DNA from: an uncultured bacterium
Lineage (GTDB): Bacteria; Chlamydiota; Chlamydiia; Chlamydiales; VGMA01
NCBI GenBank assembly: GCA_964655475.1
Contig: CAZZMO010000003.1
Span: 84,453 to 148,452 of the forward strand
Length of the DNA: 64,000 nt
Reading direction: 5' to 3'
A program made the position numbers and the translations under genes. Shown here piece by piece: positions 10,179 to 21,280 of this stretch; the first letter of the stretch is position 1; every line of letters starts with the position of its first letter. The notes beneath the pieces were generated by a model, which was not told the origin of the DNA, did not search any database, and saw only the letters and a list, made by a program, of their open reading frames with translations.

Positions 10179-13100
10179 GTGGCAGATTTAGAAGATGATT
10201 TTGAAGGGCAGTATTTTGATAGCATATCAATTCAGATTGCTACTGATGATGTGATTAGAAATCAGTGGTCTCGCGGTGAAATTAAAAAGCCAGAGACGAT
10301 CAACTATCGCACATTTAAGCCAGAGAAAGGCGGACTTTTCTGCGAAAAGATTTTTGGCCCCCAAAGAGATTGGGAGTGTGCTTGCGGTAAGTACAAGAAG
10401 ATCAAGCATAAAGGTATTGTCTGCGACCGTTGCGGCGTTGAAGTAACGCTATCAAAGGTACGTAGAGAGAGAATGGCGCATATTGAGCTTGCCGTTCCTG
10501 TTGTCCACATTTGGTTCCTTAAAGCGCAACCTTCCAGAATGGGAAGCTTGCTCGGGATGCCATCGAGCGATCTAGAAAGAGTTGTCTATTACGAAGAGTA
10601 TGTTGTAACAGATCCAGGTAGAACTAACCTAGAAAAGAAACAACTGCTCAACGATAGCGAATTTCGCGAAGCTCAAGAGAAGTGGGGACATGATTCCTTT
10701 AAGGCAATGATGGGTGCTGAAGCGGTTCGTATTCTATTAGAAAACGAAGACCTGAAGACAACTGTTGTTGATCTCAAAGAGAAACTCCGCAAGACCAAGT
10801 CTGTCCAGGGACGGATGAAAATTGCAAAAAGACTCAAGATCGTTGAAGGATTTGTCAATTCGACAAACAACCCTGAGTCGATGGTGATGTCTTGTATCCC
10901 AGTCATTCCACCCGATTTGAGACCACTCGTCCCACTCGATGGAGGACGTTTTGCAACATCTGACTTGAACGATCTCTATCGCCGAGTTATTAACAGAAAC
11001 AACCGTTTGAAAGCGATTTTGAAGTTGAAAACGCCAGACGTGATTGTTCGTAACGAAAAGAGAATGCTGCAAGAAGCGGTAGACGCTCTTTTTGATAACG
11101 GCCGTCATGGACACCCTGTTATGGGAGCTGGAAACAGACCATTAAAGTCTCTTTCTGAAATGTTGAAAGGGAAGACTGGACGTTTCCGTCAAAACCTTCT
11201 CGGTAAACGTGTTGACTATTCAGGACGATCTGTTATCGTTGTGGGTCCAGAGTTGAAGTTTAACCAGTGTGGACTTCCAAAACAGATGGCGCTCGAGCTT
11301 TTTGAGCCATTCATTGTGAAGAGATTGAAAGATCTCGGATATGTTTACACCATCCGTTCAGCGAAGAAGATGATCCAGAGAGAAGATCCTGTTGTTTGGG
11401 ACGTTCTCGAAGAGATCATTAAAGGGCATCCGGTTCTCCTTAACCGAGCACCGACTCTTCACCGTCTTGGGGTTCAGGCTTTCGAGCCCGTCCTCATCGA
11501 AGGTAAAGCGCTCCGTATTCACCCACTCGTTTGTACAGCGTTCAACGCCGACTTCGACGGTGACCAGATGGCGGTTCACGTACCACTTTCAGTAGAAGCT
11601 CAAGTGGAAGCAAAAGTACTCATGATGGCTCCAGATAACATCTTCTTGCCATCATCAGGGAAACCCGTATCTGTTCCTTCTCAGGACATGATTTTGGGTC
11701 TTTATTACTTGATGCACGATCCACTCTATGCTCCAGAAGAGTATGGTAAAAAGACGAAAGTATTTGGTAGCCAAGAAGAAGTCCTCACAGCAATGTCTGC
11801 AGCAGGAAGCTTTAACTGGTATTCCAACAGAAAAGAAGGGGAGCGTTTAGACGACATTGGTCGTGGTATCCATATCCATGAGAAGATCAAGGTGAAAATG
11901 GATACTGGTTTTATTGAAACCACTCCAGGGCGCGTCCTTTTTAACACAATCGTTCCAAAACAATTAGGATTCCAGAACTATTCTCTCCGCAAGAAGAACC
12001 TGGAGCAACTCGTCAACAAGATCTACAAAACAACAGGTCTTGAAGAGACAGTTAAATTCCTAGACAACTTGAAGAATATTGGATTCTCACAAGCGACGAA
12101 GTCTTCTCTCTCCATGGGAGTTGCTGACGTTCACGTGCCGACCAATAAAGCGGAAGTGATCGAAAATGCGAATAAGCGTGTAGCTGTTGTATTAGAGCAG
12201 TACGAAGATGGTATCATTACAGAAGGGGAAAGAAAGTCTAAGATCATTAGTATCTGGACTGAAGTTACAGAGTACCTTTCTGAAGAACTCTATGAGAAAA
12301 TCAAGAAGCCAAATGGTACGGAATTGAACCCAATCTTCGCGATGATTGACTCAGGAGCTCGCGGTAACAGATCTCAGTGTCGCCAGCTTGGTGCACTCAG
12401 AGGTTTGATGGCTAAGCCATCTGGTGAGATTATTGAATCACCTATTACTTCGAACTTCCGTGAAGGATTGTCGGTTCTCGAATACTTCATTTCTTCTCAC
12501 GGTGCTCGTAAAGGTCTTTCCGATACAGCCTTGAAAACAGCTGACTCTGGTTACTTGACAAGACGTCTTGTCGACGTAGCTCAGGATGTCATTGTCAACG
12601 AAGAAGATTGCGGTACTTTGAACGGTATTGATGTGTCAGCGATCATGCAAGGGGAAGAAGAACTCCTTCCACTTCGCGATCGTATCTATGGACGTACTGT
12701 TCTCCAAGATATCCACATGCCTGGTGATCATACAAAATTGATCGCTAAGTCAGGAGATATCTTAACGCAGCTTCAAGCAGAAGCGATTGATGATGCGGGC
12801 ATTGACTCCATCAAGATCCGCTCTACATTGACATGTGAATCGAAGCGCGGTATCTGTACGAAGTGTTACGGTATTAACCTTGCAAACGGCCGTAAGGTCG
12901 CTCAAGGTGAAGCGGTCGGTATCATTGCAGCTCAGTCGATCGGGGAACCGGGAACTCAGCTCACGATGAGAACGTTCCACATGGGGGGTATCGCGAACGC
13001 CTCTGTCAGCCCAGAGCTTGTCTCTGATTCTGAAGGGATTCTCGTATACGACTCTATCCGTACGGTGAAAAACGAAGATGGTCATTGGCTTGTATTGAAC

Positions 13101-14378
13101 AAGAATGGCTTCTTGCACGTAGTACGCGATGAAGGTAGAACGCTCGAAGAGTACAAAAAGCTGATCAGTTCTAAATCCATTGAACCTGTACAGACATTCT
13201 CAGTAGAACTCGGTACAATCATCCTTCTACAAGATGGCTCTAAGGTAAGCAGTGGACTCAAGATTGCGATCTGCGAACAACATAACTATCCGATCATCAG
13301 TGAAAAAGGTGGATATGTTCGATTTGAAGACCTCGTAGAAGGTATTTCTACACAGAAGACGGTGAATAAGCAGACTGGACAGTTCGAAATCGTTGTTAAA
13401 CAACAACGTGGAGAGCTCCATCCGCAAATCAGTATTTATGCCGATCCTGAGTTTAAGGAACTTCTTGGTAACTACGCGATTCCATCAGGCGCATACCTTT
13501 CTGTAGAAGAAGGGCAATTCGTCAATGCGGGAACAAAACTCGCTCGCTTGCCAAAAGCTTCGGTCAAAACGAAGGATATTACCGGGGGTCTTCCCCGTGT
13601 GGCAGAGCTCTTTGAAGCTAGAAAGCCCAAAGATGCTGCTGAGATCGCCAAAATCGATGGTATTATCGACTTCAGAGGCGTTCAGAAGAACAAGCGTATT
13701 GTTGTTGTTCGTGATGAAGCAACTGGCATGGAAGAAGAGCACCTCATCCCTCTCTCCAAACACTTGATTGCCCAAGGGGGAGATCATGTGGAGAAGGGGC
13801 AGCCGCTTACAGAAGGTCTTGTGAAACCACACGAGATTCTCGAGATTTGCGGTGTGCGTGAACTTCAAAAGTATCTTGTCAATCAGGTACAGGAAGTGTA
13901 CCGATTACAAGGGGTGGACATCAATGATAAACACATTGAGATCATCGTCCGTCAGATGCTACAAAAAGTACGCATCACTGACCCAGGTGATACAGTCTTC
14001 CTCTATGGCGAAGATATCGATAAGAAGGCGTTCCATGCACAGAACCGCCAAGTGATCGAAGAAGGTGGAAAACCAGCTCAGGCTACACCAGTATTGCTTG
14101 GTATTACCAAAGCATCGCTCGGTACTGAGTCCTACTTCTCAGCTGCATCGTTCCAAGAGACGACAAGAGTCTTGACAGACGCTGCTTGCGAAGGAAAAGT
14201 AGACTACCTGCTCGATTTCAAATCGAACATTATTACAGGTCAACAGATCCCATCTGGTACGGCACACTCTCGCTACTACAGCAGATTGCGCAAGTACGTA
14301 GATCAGGCAGAAGATGAAGAACTTGAATTCATCTTTGATGATGTTGTCGAACCTGTTTTAGTACCTATCGAGATCTAA
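10179..14378 (+). CDS. rpoC: DNA-directed RNA polymerase subunit beta'
   Basis: 1399 aa with a GTG start directly after the rpoB TAA. It has the Zn-finger region [23 protein letters not shown] and the catalytic NADFDGDQM. Confidence 0.97.
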   Translation: MADLEDDFEGQYFDSISIQIATDDVIRNQWSRGEIKKPETINYRTFKPEKGGLFCEKIFGPQRDWECACGKYKKIKHKGIVCDRCGVEVTLSKVRRERMAHIELAVPVVHIWFLKAQPSRMGSLLGMPSSDLERVVYYEEYVVTDPGRTNLEKKQLLNDSEFREAQEKWGHDSFKAMMGAEAVRILLENEDLKTTVVDLKEKLRKTKSVQGRMKIAKRLKIVEGFVNSTNNPESMVMSCIPVIPPDLRPLVPLDGGRFATSDLNDLYRRVINRNNRLKAILKLKTPDVIVRNEKRMLQEAVDALFDNGRHGHPVMGAGNRPLKSLSEMLKGKTGRFRQNLLGKRVDYSGRSVIVVGPELKFNQCGLPKQMALELFEPFIVKRLKDLGYVYTIRSAKKMIQREDPVVWDVLEEIIKGHPVLLNRAPTLHRLGVQAFEPVLIEGKALRIHPLVCTAFNADFDGDQMAVHVPLSVEAQVEAKVLMMAPDNIFLPSSGKPVSVPSQDMILGLYYLMHDPLYAPEEYGKKTKVFGSQEEVLTAMSAAGSFNWYSNRKEGERLDDIGRGIHIHEKIKVKMDTGFIETTPGRVLFNTIVPKQLGFQNYSLRKKNLEQLVNKIYKTTGLEETVKFLDNLKNIGFSQATKSSLSMGVADVHVPTNKAEVIENANKRVAVVLEQYEDGIITEGERKSKIISIWTEVTEYLSEELYEKIKKPNGTELNPIFAMIDSGARGNRSQCRQLGALRGLMAKPSGEIIESPITSNFREGLSVLEYFISSHGARKGLSDTALKTADSGYLTRRLVDVAQDVIVNEEDCGTLNGIDVSAIMQGEEELLPLRDRIYGRTVLQDIHMPGDHTKLIAKSGDILTQLQAEAIDDAGIDSIKIRSTLTCESKRGICTKCYGINLANGRKVAQGEAVGIIAAQSIGEPGTQLTMRTFHMGGIANASVSPELVSDSEGILVYDSIRTVKNEDGHWLVLNKNGFLHVVRDEGRTLEEYKKLISSKSIEPVQTFSVELGTIILLQDGSKVSSGLKIAICEQHNYPIISEKGGYVRFEDLVEGISTQKTVNKQTGQFEIVVKQQRGELHPQISIYADPEFKELLGNYAIPSGAYLSVEEGQFVNAGTKLARLPKASVKTKDITGGLPRVAELFEARKPKDAAEIAKIDGIIDFRGVQKNKRIVVVRDEATGMEEEHLIPLSKHLIAQGGDHVEKGQPLTEGLVKPHEILEICGVRELQKYLVNQVQEVYRLQGVDINDKHIEIIVRQMLQKVRITDPGDTVFLYGEDIDKKAFHAQNRQVIEEGGKPAQATPVLLGITKASLGTESYFSAASFQETTRVLTDAACEGKVDYLLDFKSNIITGQQIPSGTAHSRYYSRLRKYVDQAEDEELEFIFDDVVEPVLVPIEI

Positions 14379-14389
14379 TTCTTGAAAAA

Positions 14390-14417
14390 GGGCGAAGAAA
14401 TCCTCTTCGCCCTTTTT
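14390..14417. terminator. Bidirectional rho-independent terminator (rpoC and convergent 127-aa ORF)
   Basis: GGGCGAAGA (14390-14398) / AATCC / TCTTCGCCC (14404-12), a perfect 9-bp GC-rich stem flanked by AAAAA upstream and TTTTT downstream. Confidence 0.7.
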
Positions 14418-14459
14418 AATATCTAATAGAACTTTTTAATACTTATCTAGAGAAACTCG

Positions 14460-14843
14460 CTAATAGCGAGATGTTTGTGAAAGAGTAGCTGTCGGTGCTG
14501 GTATTTCATAGCAATAGAGATTTGGAATCCCTTCTGGCCTACAGACGCGCCCTGCTAGTGAGCAGTTGCAGATATAGCAGTTTGCCGCTTCAAGAAAGGG
14601 TTGCCATTCATTTAATACGCTAGGGTAATGAGTTGCATCAATATAGATTGTCCAGTGGTGACGAAAATAGTCATCTGAAGGCCTCTCGAACTTTTCACAA
14701 TCGTGCAAAATAAGAGCCTTTTTATTGCAGGTGATAGCGACAACCGCCCCTGATTGATACCATTTCTCTACAGAATGAAAAATTTTACCGAGTCCGTAGC
14801 AATTATTAGAAAGTTCAGGACTGGGTAGGGTCTGGCTGATCAT
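14460..14843 (-). CDS. Hypothetical Cys/His-rich protein
   Basis: 127-aa ORF with 8 Cys and 5 His, and no signal peptide or TM. It lies between two terminators as a single-gene unit. I recognise no family. Confidence 0.5.
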   Translation of the reverse strand: MISQTLPSPELSNNCYGLGKIFHSVEKWYQSGAVVAITCNKKALILHDCEKFERPSDDYFRHHWTIYIDATHYPSVLNEWQPFLEAANCYICNCSLAGRVCRPEGIPNLYCYEIPAPTATLSQTSRY

Positions 14844-14904
14844 TTATAGAACTCCTTGTTACTAAAAGACAGTCTTTAAGGGCCCTATTATAATAGATAG
14901 GATA

Positions 14905-14943
14905 GAAAAAAACCTACACATTCATTTTTTGAAAGTGTAGGTT
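14905..14943 (-). terminator. Rho-independent terminator after tal
   Basis: AACCTACAC (14911-19) / GTGTAGGTT (14935-43), a perfect 9-bp stem. On the minus strand it is followed by a T7 run (A run at 14905-14911 on plus). Confidence 0.6.
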
Positions 14944-14956
14944 TAAGCTCAACTGA

Positions 14957-15940
14957 TTACATTGCTATCCGCTTTGAGTCAAAAAAATTTTCTCTGATGA
15001 AGTCCATGAGGCGACACTTATCTTTGTAGAAGACTCTGATCCCTTCACTCAATTTCTCTGTGGCCATCTGATCTTCGTTCATGAGCCAGCGGAATGATGC
15101 TTCATCCACAGGGATTCTTTGATCAATTTTGGACTTTTTAGCGAGGAGTGGGTCGAGTTTTCTCGGTACGTCACCTTCTGTCTCTTCGAGCTCTTTTAAG
15201 AGATTAGGGGAAATGGTGAGGAGGTCGATCCCTGCTAATTCAAGGATTTCTCCCACATTTCTAAAGCTTGCTCCCATAATCTGAGTTTTGTAGTCGAAAT
15301 ACTTATAATATTGGTAAATCTTTTTTACAGAGAGTACGCCTGGATCTTCATGAGAGGCGAACTGCTTGTTTTCTGCCTTTACGTGCCAGTCGAGGATTCT
15401 TCCTACGAAAGGGGAGATGAGGGTCACTCCAGCTTCAGCTGCCGCTGCCGCTTGAGCTTGACTGAACATAAGGGTCATATTGCAATGAATCCCTTCTCTT
15501 TCAAGGAGTTCTCCAGCGCGGATCCCTTCCCATGTGGAGGCGAGCTTGATCAAAACTCTCTCTTTTTTCACCCCAAGGGATGCGTATAGATTGATGATTT
15601 CTCGAGCTTTAGTGATGCTAGCACTTGCATTGAAGGAGAGGTGGGCATCCACTTCTGTGGAGACGCGACCTGGGACGATTTTGAGAATTTCTGCACCAAA
15701 ATTGACGCAAAGCTTGGTAAAAATTTTATCCATAACGTCCGCATCAGTTCTCCCCTCGGCTCTACCATAATCGACAGCATCTCTTACAAGATCTTGATAT
15801 TCAGGTAATTCCGCAGCCTTAAACAGTAGGCTTGGATTGGTGGTTGCATCTTGCGGTTTATGTTTTTTAATCTGGGCAATTTCGCCAGTATCGGCAACAA
15901 CGGTTGTTAATGCCTTGAGTCTTTTCAACTTACTATTCAT
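14957..15940 (-). CDS. tal: Transaldolase
   Basis: 327 aa; TTVVADTGEI, DATTNPSL and the Schiff-base lysine context ERVLIKLASTWEGI match TalB-type transaldolases. Confidence 0.95.
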   Translation of the reverse strand: MNSKLKRLKALTTVVADTGEIAQIKKHKPQDATTNPSLLFKAAELPEYQDLVRDAVDYGRAEGRTDADVMDKIFTKLCVNFGAEILKIVPGRVSTEVDAHLSFNASASITKAREIINLYASLGVKKERVLIKLASTWEGIRAGELLEREGIHCNMTLMFSQAQAAAAAEAGVTLISPFVGRILDWHVKAENKQFASHEDPGVLSVKKIYQYYKYFDYKTQIMGASFRNVGEILELAGIDLLTISPNLLKELEETEGDVPRKLDPLLAKKSKIDQRIPVDEASFRWLMNEDQMATEKLSEGIRVFYKDKCRLMDFIRENFFDSKRIAM

Positions 15941-16004
15941 ATAGAATGATTCCTCTCTATCGATTTCACTTCATCAAAAAACAGAAACTATTTTTTGAAA
16001 AGGG

Positions 16005-16337
16005 TTAATTTGGGTTGACGCCGCGGTTCGCATTTACAGCAACTAGGCCACCTGCAAAGAGAAGGAGGGAAAAGAAAACGACAAGCAGAGCATTGTGGCC
16101 AGGTCTTTCGTTTCTGAATCGGTTCGGGACGAACGGGTCTTCCATTTGTTGATCTTCAGTTTCAATGAGATCTTCCTGCTCCAAAGAAATTTCTTCATCT
16201 TCTCTTTGTGGAACAGCGAGATCCCCTTCTTCCTCAGAAGGGCGAATATTTGGAGTACCCTGGTTAGCTGGAAGGGAAGCTGCCAATACTACACAAACAA
16301 TATTGCAACATGTGTTCAATTTCATGGGGGCTATCAT
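16005..16337 (-). CDS. Hypothetical small protein: signal peptide, acidic linker, C-terminal TM
   Basis: 110 aa. N-terminal hydrophobic CCNIVCVVLAASLPA, a strongly acidic middle (EEEGD...EDEEISLEQEDLIETEDQQMED), and C-terminal LLVVFFSLLLFAGGLVAV. Confidence 0.45.
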   Translation of the reverse strand: MIAPMKLNTCCNIVCVVLAASLPANQGTPNIRPSEEEGDLAVPQREDEEISLEQEDLIETEDQQMEDPFVPNRFRNERPGHNALLVVFFSLLLFAGGLVAVNANRGVNPN

Positions 16338-16389
16338 AACTTTTCACCCATATCTATGGCAATAAAATTATGATCAGAAAAAGGGGGGA

Positions 16390-16701
16390 TTAGGAGGTGC
16401 TGCTGGAGGTACTATCTGTCGTGGTCGTAGTGCTTGAATCACCAGGACTTGAGTTGATAAGAACAGCGAGGAGGACGATCGATACGGTGATCAAGATGCC
16501 ATTCATGACCATGGAAGTAGCTGTCTTTTTCATGGAGACATCGGTCAATGCCCAATCCAATTTATCTACTTTACTCTTGTTATCCAACACCTTATCTTCT
16601 GCGGATAGTGGAGAAGCAAGGACGAATACTATTAATGTACAGATACTAACAAGTTTATGCTTCATGCCCTTCAAACCCTCGAGGTTCCTAGGCTTTTTCA
16701 T
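16390..16701 (-). CDS. Hypothetical small protein: signal peptide, TM, Ser/Thr-rich tail
   Basis: 103 aa in the track. The likelier start is MKHKLVSICTLIVFVLASPLSA at 16665. It has the TM GILITVSIVLLAVLI and the tail SSTTTTTDSTSSSTS. Confidence 0.45.
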   Translation of the reverse strand: MKKPRNLEGLKGMKHKLVSICTLIVFVLASPLSAEDKVLDNKSKVDKLDWALTDVSMKKTATSMVMNGILITVSIVLLAVLINSSPGDSSTTTTTDSTSSSTS

Positions 16702-16779
16702 ACAGATGGGGGAATTTTCTCGCTACTTTTTTCTTCAGATCCCGATTTATCCTTGGAGTTTTTTTCTCGAGTGATTAAA

Positions 16780-17439
16780 ATGATCAGACGACAAGGAAGG
16801 TTCATAGTGTCAGAAAAAGAAAAAGCCAGTGATAAAGTAAAAACCATCTGTCGCTTAATCACAGAGGAAACATTAACACCAGCCAAAAAGGAAGCCCAAG
16901 AAACCATCAACCTTGCTAAAAATGAAGCTCAAGTGATTCTCGAAGAGGCCCATAAAGAGGCGAAGCTCATCCAAGAGAGATGTGATCGAGAGGTAGAACA
17001 TAAGCTTTCTGTTATGCAAGCATCTTTGGATATGGCGGTTAAGCAAGCGATATTGTTCTTAAAACAAGAAATCACCGAGCACTTCTTCTCAAAAGAACTC
17101 CACCACATGTTGACCAAGGAAATGGAAAATCGGGATTGGGTGGCAAAATTACTAGAGGCAATGGTCGTCTCTTTAGAAAAAGAAGGGATTAGCTCAGAGC
17201 TGCATGCCGTGCTTCCCAAAACGACGACGAGAGATCAGATTGTTCACTCATTGACAAAAGCGGTCGCAGATCGCTTGAAGCAAGCGGGAGAGAAAGGGAT
17301 TACTGTTGGTAACATGATTGGCGTAGAACTAAAACCTGCTGGCGAGAATTTTACCCTGAGCGTGACAGAGGAGGCGCTTCATCAGATTATTGCTAAGTAT
17401 GTTCATCGCGATCTGAGAGAAAAAATTTTCACCTCATAG
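16780..17439 (+). CDS. atpE: V-type ATP synthase subunit E
   Basis: Start trimmed to the ATG at 16780 (MIRRQGRF...); the track start at 16657 overlaps the divergent ORF. KICRLITEETLTPAKKEAQE...AKNEAQVILEEAHKEA is the subunit-E coiled coil, and this is the first gene of the V-ATPase operon. Confidence 0.85.
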   Translation: MIRRQGRFIVSEKEKASDKVKTICRLITEETLTPAKKEAQETINLAKNEAQVILEEAHKEAKLIQERCDREVEHKLSVMQASLDMAVKQAILFLKQEITEHFFSKELHHMLTKEMENRDWVAKLLEAMVVSLEKEGISSELHAVLPKTTTRDQIVHSLTKAVADRLKQAGEKGITVGNMIGVELKPAGENFTLSVTEEALHQIIAKYVHRDLREKIFTS

Positions 17440-17446
17440 ATGAATT

Positions 17447-18220
17447 ATGAAGCATTATTTTCTGTATAATTTTTTGCCCCCTCTAGAAATTCAGACTAGG
17501 CCTGATATAGCCTTTTCTCAATTGCTAGACAGCTACAATATGAATTTGACCCGCCAAGAGAAAGAAAAACTTCGGGTCATTCAGTTATTCACCGATTTGA
17601 ATAATATCTACGCTCACCTTACTGGTGGTAGATGGAATTCAAAAGGAACGCTGACTCAGGAAGAGCTCAAGGAACGATTGGAGAAAGGGGAAGACCTCCC
17701 CCCATATGTTCTCGATTTTTTTGCGAAGTATGACAATCCTAAAGATCAGAAGAGGTTTTTCTCAGAGATCTTAGTGGAATACTTTCAAAGTGAGAAGGGG
17801 AGGCACGAGGGCTTTATAAAAGAATTCCTCCGCTTCGAAAGAGAACTCCGTCTTTTACTCATTGCATATCGGTCAAAAAAGATTCATGCCGATATCATAG
17901 AAGAGCTGCAATTTGAAGATCTCAACGATCCTCTCGTTTTTGATATTATTGCTAGAAAAGATGCAGCTCAATATGAGTTCCCTTTTGAATACAGGGACTT
18001 AAAGCCAGCGATAGAACAAGCAGGGCGCAATCCGCTCAAACAACATTTTGCGATCTTGAAATACCGGTTCAATCATTATAACCGGTTTTTGGAGGAAGCT
18101 CCTTTCTCGCTCGACAGTTTACTTGCCTATTTTGTCCAACACATGATTTTGGACGATTACTACGGACTGAGCAAAGAGGAAGGAAAACAATTTTTAGATA
18201 GTATTTTGGAGACACCATGA
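17447..18220 (+). CDS. V-ATPase operon protein of unknown function (DUF2764-like, position of Chlamydia CT309)
   Basis: 257 aa between atpE and atpA, with its stop overlapping the atpA ATG (ATGA). Chlamydia has an uncharacterised gene in the same position, as I recall. Confidence 0.7.
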   Translation: MKHYFLYNFLPPLEIQTRPDIAFSQLLDSYNMNLTRQEKEKLRVIQLFTDLNNIYAHLTGGRWNSKGTLTQEELKERLEKGEDLPPYVLDFFAKYDNPKDQKRFFSEILVEYFQSEKGRHEGFIKEFLRFERELRLLLIAYRSKKIHADIIEELQFEDLNDPLVFDIIARKDAAQYEFPFEYRDLKPAIEQAGRNPLKQHFAILKYRFNHYNRFLEEAPFSLDSLLAYFVQHMILDDYYGLSKEEGKQFLDSILETP

Positions 18221-19998
18221 TAAGTGAAAATGCCTTGGCAAAAGGTCGAGTGCAAAATGCGTATGGAAACTTGCTGTCGGTAAAATTTGAAGGATCCATT
18301 TCTCTAGGAGAAGTGGGATTCGTCCATTTAAACAATCACAAGTTGAAATCAGAAGTGATTGAAATTGAGGGCGATATCGCAAAAATTCAAGTTTTTGAAG
18401 ACACGACTGGTGTCCGACTAGCGACAGAGGTTTATTTCGAAAGAACCCTATTGGAAGTCTCCTTGGCCCCAGGTCTTTTAGGATCAATTTATGATGGATT
18501 ACAAAACCCCTTAGAAGAGATTGCCAACACCTCCGGAGCTTATCTCCCAAGAGGCCTTTATCTTGACCCAATTAATGATGTCAAACATTGGAATTTCACT
18601 CCGAAGATCCATGTTGGTGCAACAGTCAAACGGGGAGATCTACTTGGTGCAGTACCCGAAGGGCGCTTTACCCATAAAATCTTTGTCCCTTTTCAGCGCT
18701 ATGGTGAATATACTGTTACCTGGATCGCTGAGCAGGGGAGCTACACGGTTAATGACCCGATTGCAAAGCTTCGCGATGCGCGTGGAGAAGAGTTCAAGGT
18801 GACCATGCTCCAAAAATGGCCTGTAAAAAGACAGCTCATGATCGGAGAGAGAGTAAAGCCTGATCAAATGCTCTACACAGGTCTTCGGATTTTAGATACC
18901 CAAAATCCTCTTCTCCTTGGAGAGACCCTTTGTACGCCAGGACCTTTTGGAGCTGGAAAAACAGTTATGCAGCACCACTTAGCGAAGTATTCATCAGTGG
19001 ATATCGTGGTGATTGTGGCTTGTGGTGAAAGGGCAGGGGAAGTTGTTGAGACTCTAAAAACATTCCCACACCTTAAAGACGTTTATACAGATGAGCCTCT
19101 TATCAACCGCACCATCATTATTTGTAACACCTCATCGATGCCGGTTGCTGCTCGGGAAGCCTCCGTTTATACAGGGATGGCAATTGCTGAATACTATAGA
19201 CAGATGGGCCTCAATGTCCTTCTTCTCGCAGATTCCACATCGAGATGGATGCAGGCGATGAGAGAGATGTCTGGGCGTCTTGAAGAGATCCCAGCAGAAG
19301 AGTCATTCCCAGCTTATCTAGCATCAAGGGTTGCAAACTTCTATGAGAGAGCCGGTGTGATTGTCACACCAGATAGTTCAAAAGGTTCGATCACCGTGGT
19401 GGGTGCAGTATCTCCAGCGGGTGGAAACTTCAATGAACCTGGAACTCAGGCTACTTTGAAAGTGGTCTCAGCTTTTGCGTGTCTTTCGAAAGAGTACGCA
19501 GATGCAAGAAAATATCCAGCGATTGATCCTCTAGCTTCTTGGTCGAAGTGTCGAGAAGAGATAACGAAAATTATGTCAAAACAATTCGAATCATGGGGTA
19601 AGTTCCTCTCTCTCACTGATAAGTTGTTATTCCAGGGATTAGAAATTGGCAAGAGAATGGAAGTTGTGGGGTTAGAAGGGACTTTGATGAGTGATTACGT
19701 CATTTATCTCAAGTCAGAGGTATACTCTTTCGTCTATCTACAACAAAATGCGTTCGATAAAGAGGATGCATATTGCCCTCTGGAGAGACAGGTAGCGATG
19801 GTGAAACTCATGTTCCCACTTTTACAAAAAGAGTTTAGCTTCAAGACACACGATGAAGCAAAAGCCTTCTTTGTCGATATGCAGTCAGAGTTAAAGAATA
19901 TCAACTACTTACCTTTCAAATCAGAATCGTATAGGAAAGCAGAAGAAAAAATCGAAGAGATGTTGAAAAGCCAGGAGTCGTATGCAAAAAGTCTATGA
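18217..19998 (+). CDS. atpA: V-type ATP synthase catalytic subunit A
   Basis: 593 aa with Walker A GPFGAGKTV and a V/A-type A-subunit non-homologous region. Confidence 0.97.
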   Translation: MISENALAKGRVQNAYGNLLSVKFEGSISLGEVGFVHLNNHKLKSEVIEIEGDIAKIQVFEDTTGVRLATEVYFERTLLEVSLAPGLLGSIYDGLQNPLEEIANTSGAYLPRGLYLDPINDVKHWNFTPKIHVGATVKRGDLLGAVPEGRFTHKIFVPFQRYGEYTVTWIAEQGSYTVNDPIAKLRDARGEEFKVTMLQKWPVKRQLMIGERVKPDQMLYTGLRILDTQNPLLLGETLCTPGPFGAGKTVMQHHLAKYSSVDIVVIVACGERAGEVVETLKTFPHLKDVYTDEPLINRTIIICNTSSMPVAAREASVYTGMAIAEYYRQMGLNVLLLADSTSRWMQAMREMSGRLEEIPAEESFPAYLASRVANFYERAGVIVTPDSSKGSITVVGAVSPAGGNFNEPGTQATLKVVSAFACLSKEYADARKYPAIDPLASWSKCREEITKIMSKQFESWGKFLSLTDKLLFQGLEIGKRMEVVGLEGTLMSDYVIYLKSEVYSFVYLQQNAFDKEDAYCPLERQVAMVKLMFPLLQKEFSFKTHDEAKAFFVDMQSELKNINYLPFKSESYRKAEEKIEEMLKSQESYAKSL

Positions 19999-21280
19999 TA
20001 GAATTCTTGAAATTTCGAGCAGTACTTTCGTTGTAGAAGCAGACGACGTCGGGCTTGGAGAAATTGCACGTGTAGAAAAACAAGATGGAACAAGCATGCT
20101 CGCCATGTCGATCCGTCTTGAGGGGAAAAAGGTGGTGATGCAGGCTCTCGAATCGACGAGCGGCCTTTCTACAACAGATCGCGTGAGCTTTCTCAAACAC
20201 CGGATGAGAACAAGAGTTGGCAAGGAGCTCCTCGGTCGCCGTTTTGATGGTCAAGGAAGACCTATCGATGGTGGACCAAACATTGAAGGGGTGGAAGTCG
20301 ATCTTTCTCATCAATCGGTCAATCCTGTTCAAAGGACGATCCCGAGTGAGATGGTGAGAACAAATATTCCGATGATTGATGTTTACAATACCCTCGTCCG
20401 ATCTCAAAAGCTTCCTATTTTTTCTGTCACAGGGGAGCGTTACAATGAGCTCTTGATGAGAATCGCAAACCAGACAGACGCCGATGTGGTCATCATTGGT
20501 GGAATGGGGCTTCGTTATAACGACTATCTGAAGTTCATTGAGAATGCAGAATCGCACGGCTCTATGCAAAAGACGATCATGTACATCAACCTTGCAACTG
20601 AAAATGCGATTGAATGTCTACTTGTTCCAGATACTGCCTTGACAGTTGCAGAACAATATGCCATGAAAGGTTCTAATGTACTCGTTTTGCTCACTGATAT
20701 GACGACGTATGCTGAGGCGCACCGAGAAATTTCGATCAGCTTGGATGTATTGCCAGCGGCTCGCGCTTTCCCAGGTGATCTCTATTCACTTCTCGCATTC
20801 CGCTATGAAAAAGCGGTAGAGTTTGTCGATCAAGGATCGATCACGTTGTTGACTGTCACGACGATGCCAGGGGGGGATGTGACGAATCCTGTTCCTGATA
20901 ATACAGGATACATCACAGAAGGGCAGTTCTATATGATCAATGGATCGATCAATCCCTTTGGTTCTCTATCACGGCTCAAGCAGCTCGTTCAGGGAAAGAA
21001 GACGAGAGAAGATCACAGTACAGTTGCTAACACGACTATCGGCCTTTACGCAGAAGCATTGAAGGCTAGAGAGAGACAAAGTATGGGTTTCAAACTCTCT
21101 AAGTGGGATGAAAAACTCATCAAGTTTGCTGGGCTTTTTGAAGAGCACATGATGGATCTCAACAAAAACATCCCACTCGAGGAAGCACTCGATCGTGGCT
21201 GGAAGATTATGGCAGACTGTTTTCAAGCAAAAGAAATTTCAATTAAAAAAGAACTGATGGATAAATACTGGCCATGGTAG
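19982..21280 (+). CDS. atpB: V-type ATP synthase subunit B
   Basis: 432 aa; B-subunit homology with a degenerate P-loop. It overlaps atpA by 17 nt. Confidence 0.97.
   Translation: MQKVYDRILEISSSTFVVEADDVGLGEIARVEKQDGTSMLAMSIRLEGKKVVMQALESTSGLSTTDRVSFLKHRMRTRVGKELLGRRFDGQGRPIDGGPNIEGVEVDLSHQSVNPVQRTIPSEMVRTNIPMIDVYNTLVRSQKLPIFSVTGERYNELLMRIANQTDADVVIIGGMGLRYNDYLKFIENAESHGSMQKTIMYINLATENAIECLLVPDTALTVAEQYAMKGSNVLVLLTDMTTYAEAHREISISLDVLPAARAFPGDLYSLLAFRYEKAVEFVDQGSITLLTVTTMPGGDVTNPVPDNTGYITEGQFYMINGSINPFGSLSRLKQLVQGKKTREDHSTVANTTIGLYAEALKARERQSMGFKLSKWDEKLIKFAGLFEEHMMDLNKNIPLEEALDRGWKIMADCFQAKEISIKKELMDKYWPW

Noticed and set aside
14460-14843. Weak resemblance of the 127-aa Cys/His-rich ORF to a minimal SET domain (YGLG..., YIDAT..., FLEAANC versus G.G, IDA, F.NHSC)
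   Set aside because: The invariant NH pair and the ELxxDY tyrosine motif are missing and the spacing is off. The resemblance is not strong enough to call.
19916-20569. 217-aa ORF antisense to atpB, and many other 60-140-aa antisense ORFs in the track (for example 2186-2596, 2593-2916, 8720-9052, 10737-11114, 13485-13868)
   Set aside because: They lie entirely inside strongly supported conserved genes (tuf, rpoB, rpoC, atpA/B) on the opposite strand. They have no RBS and low-complexity or odd composition. These are typical shadow ORFs.
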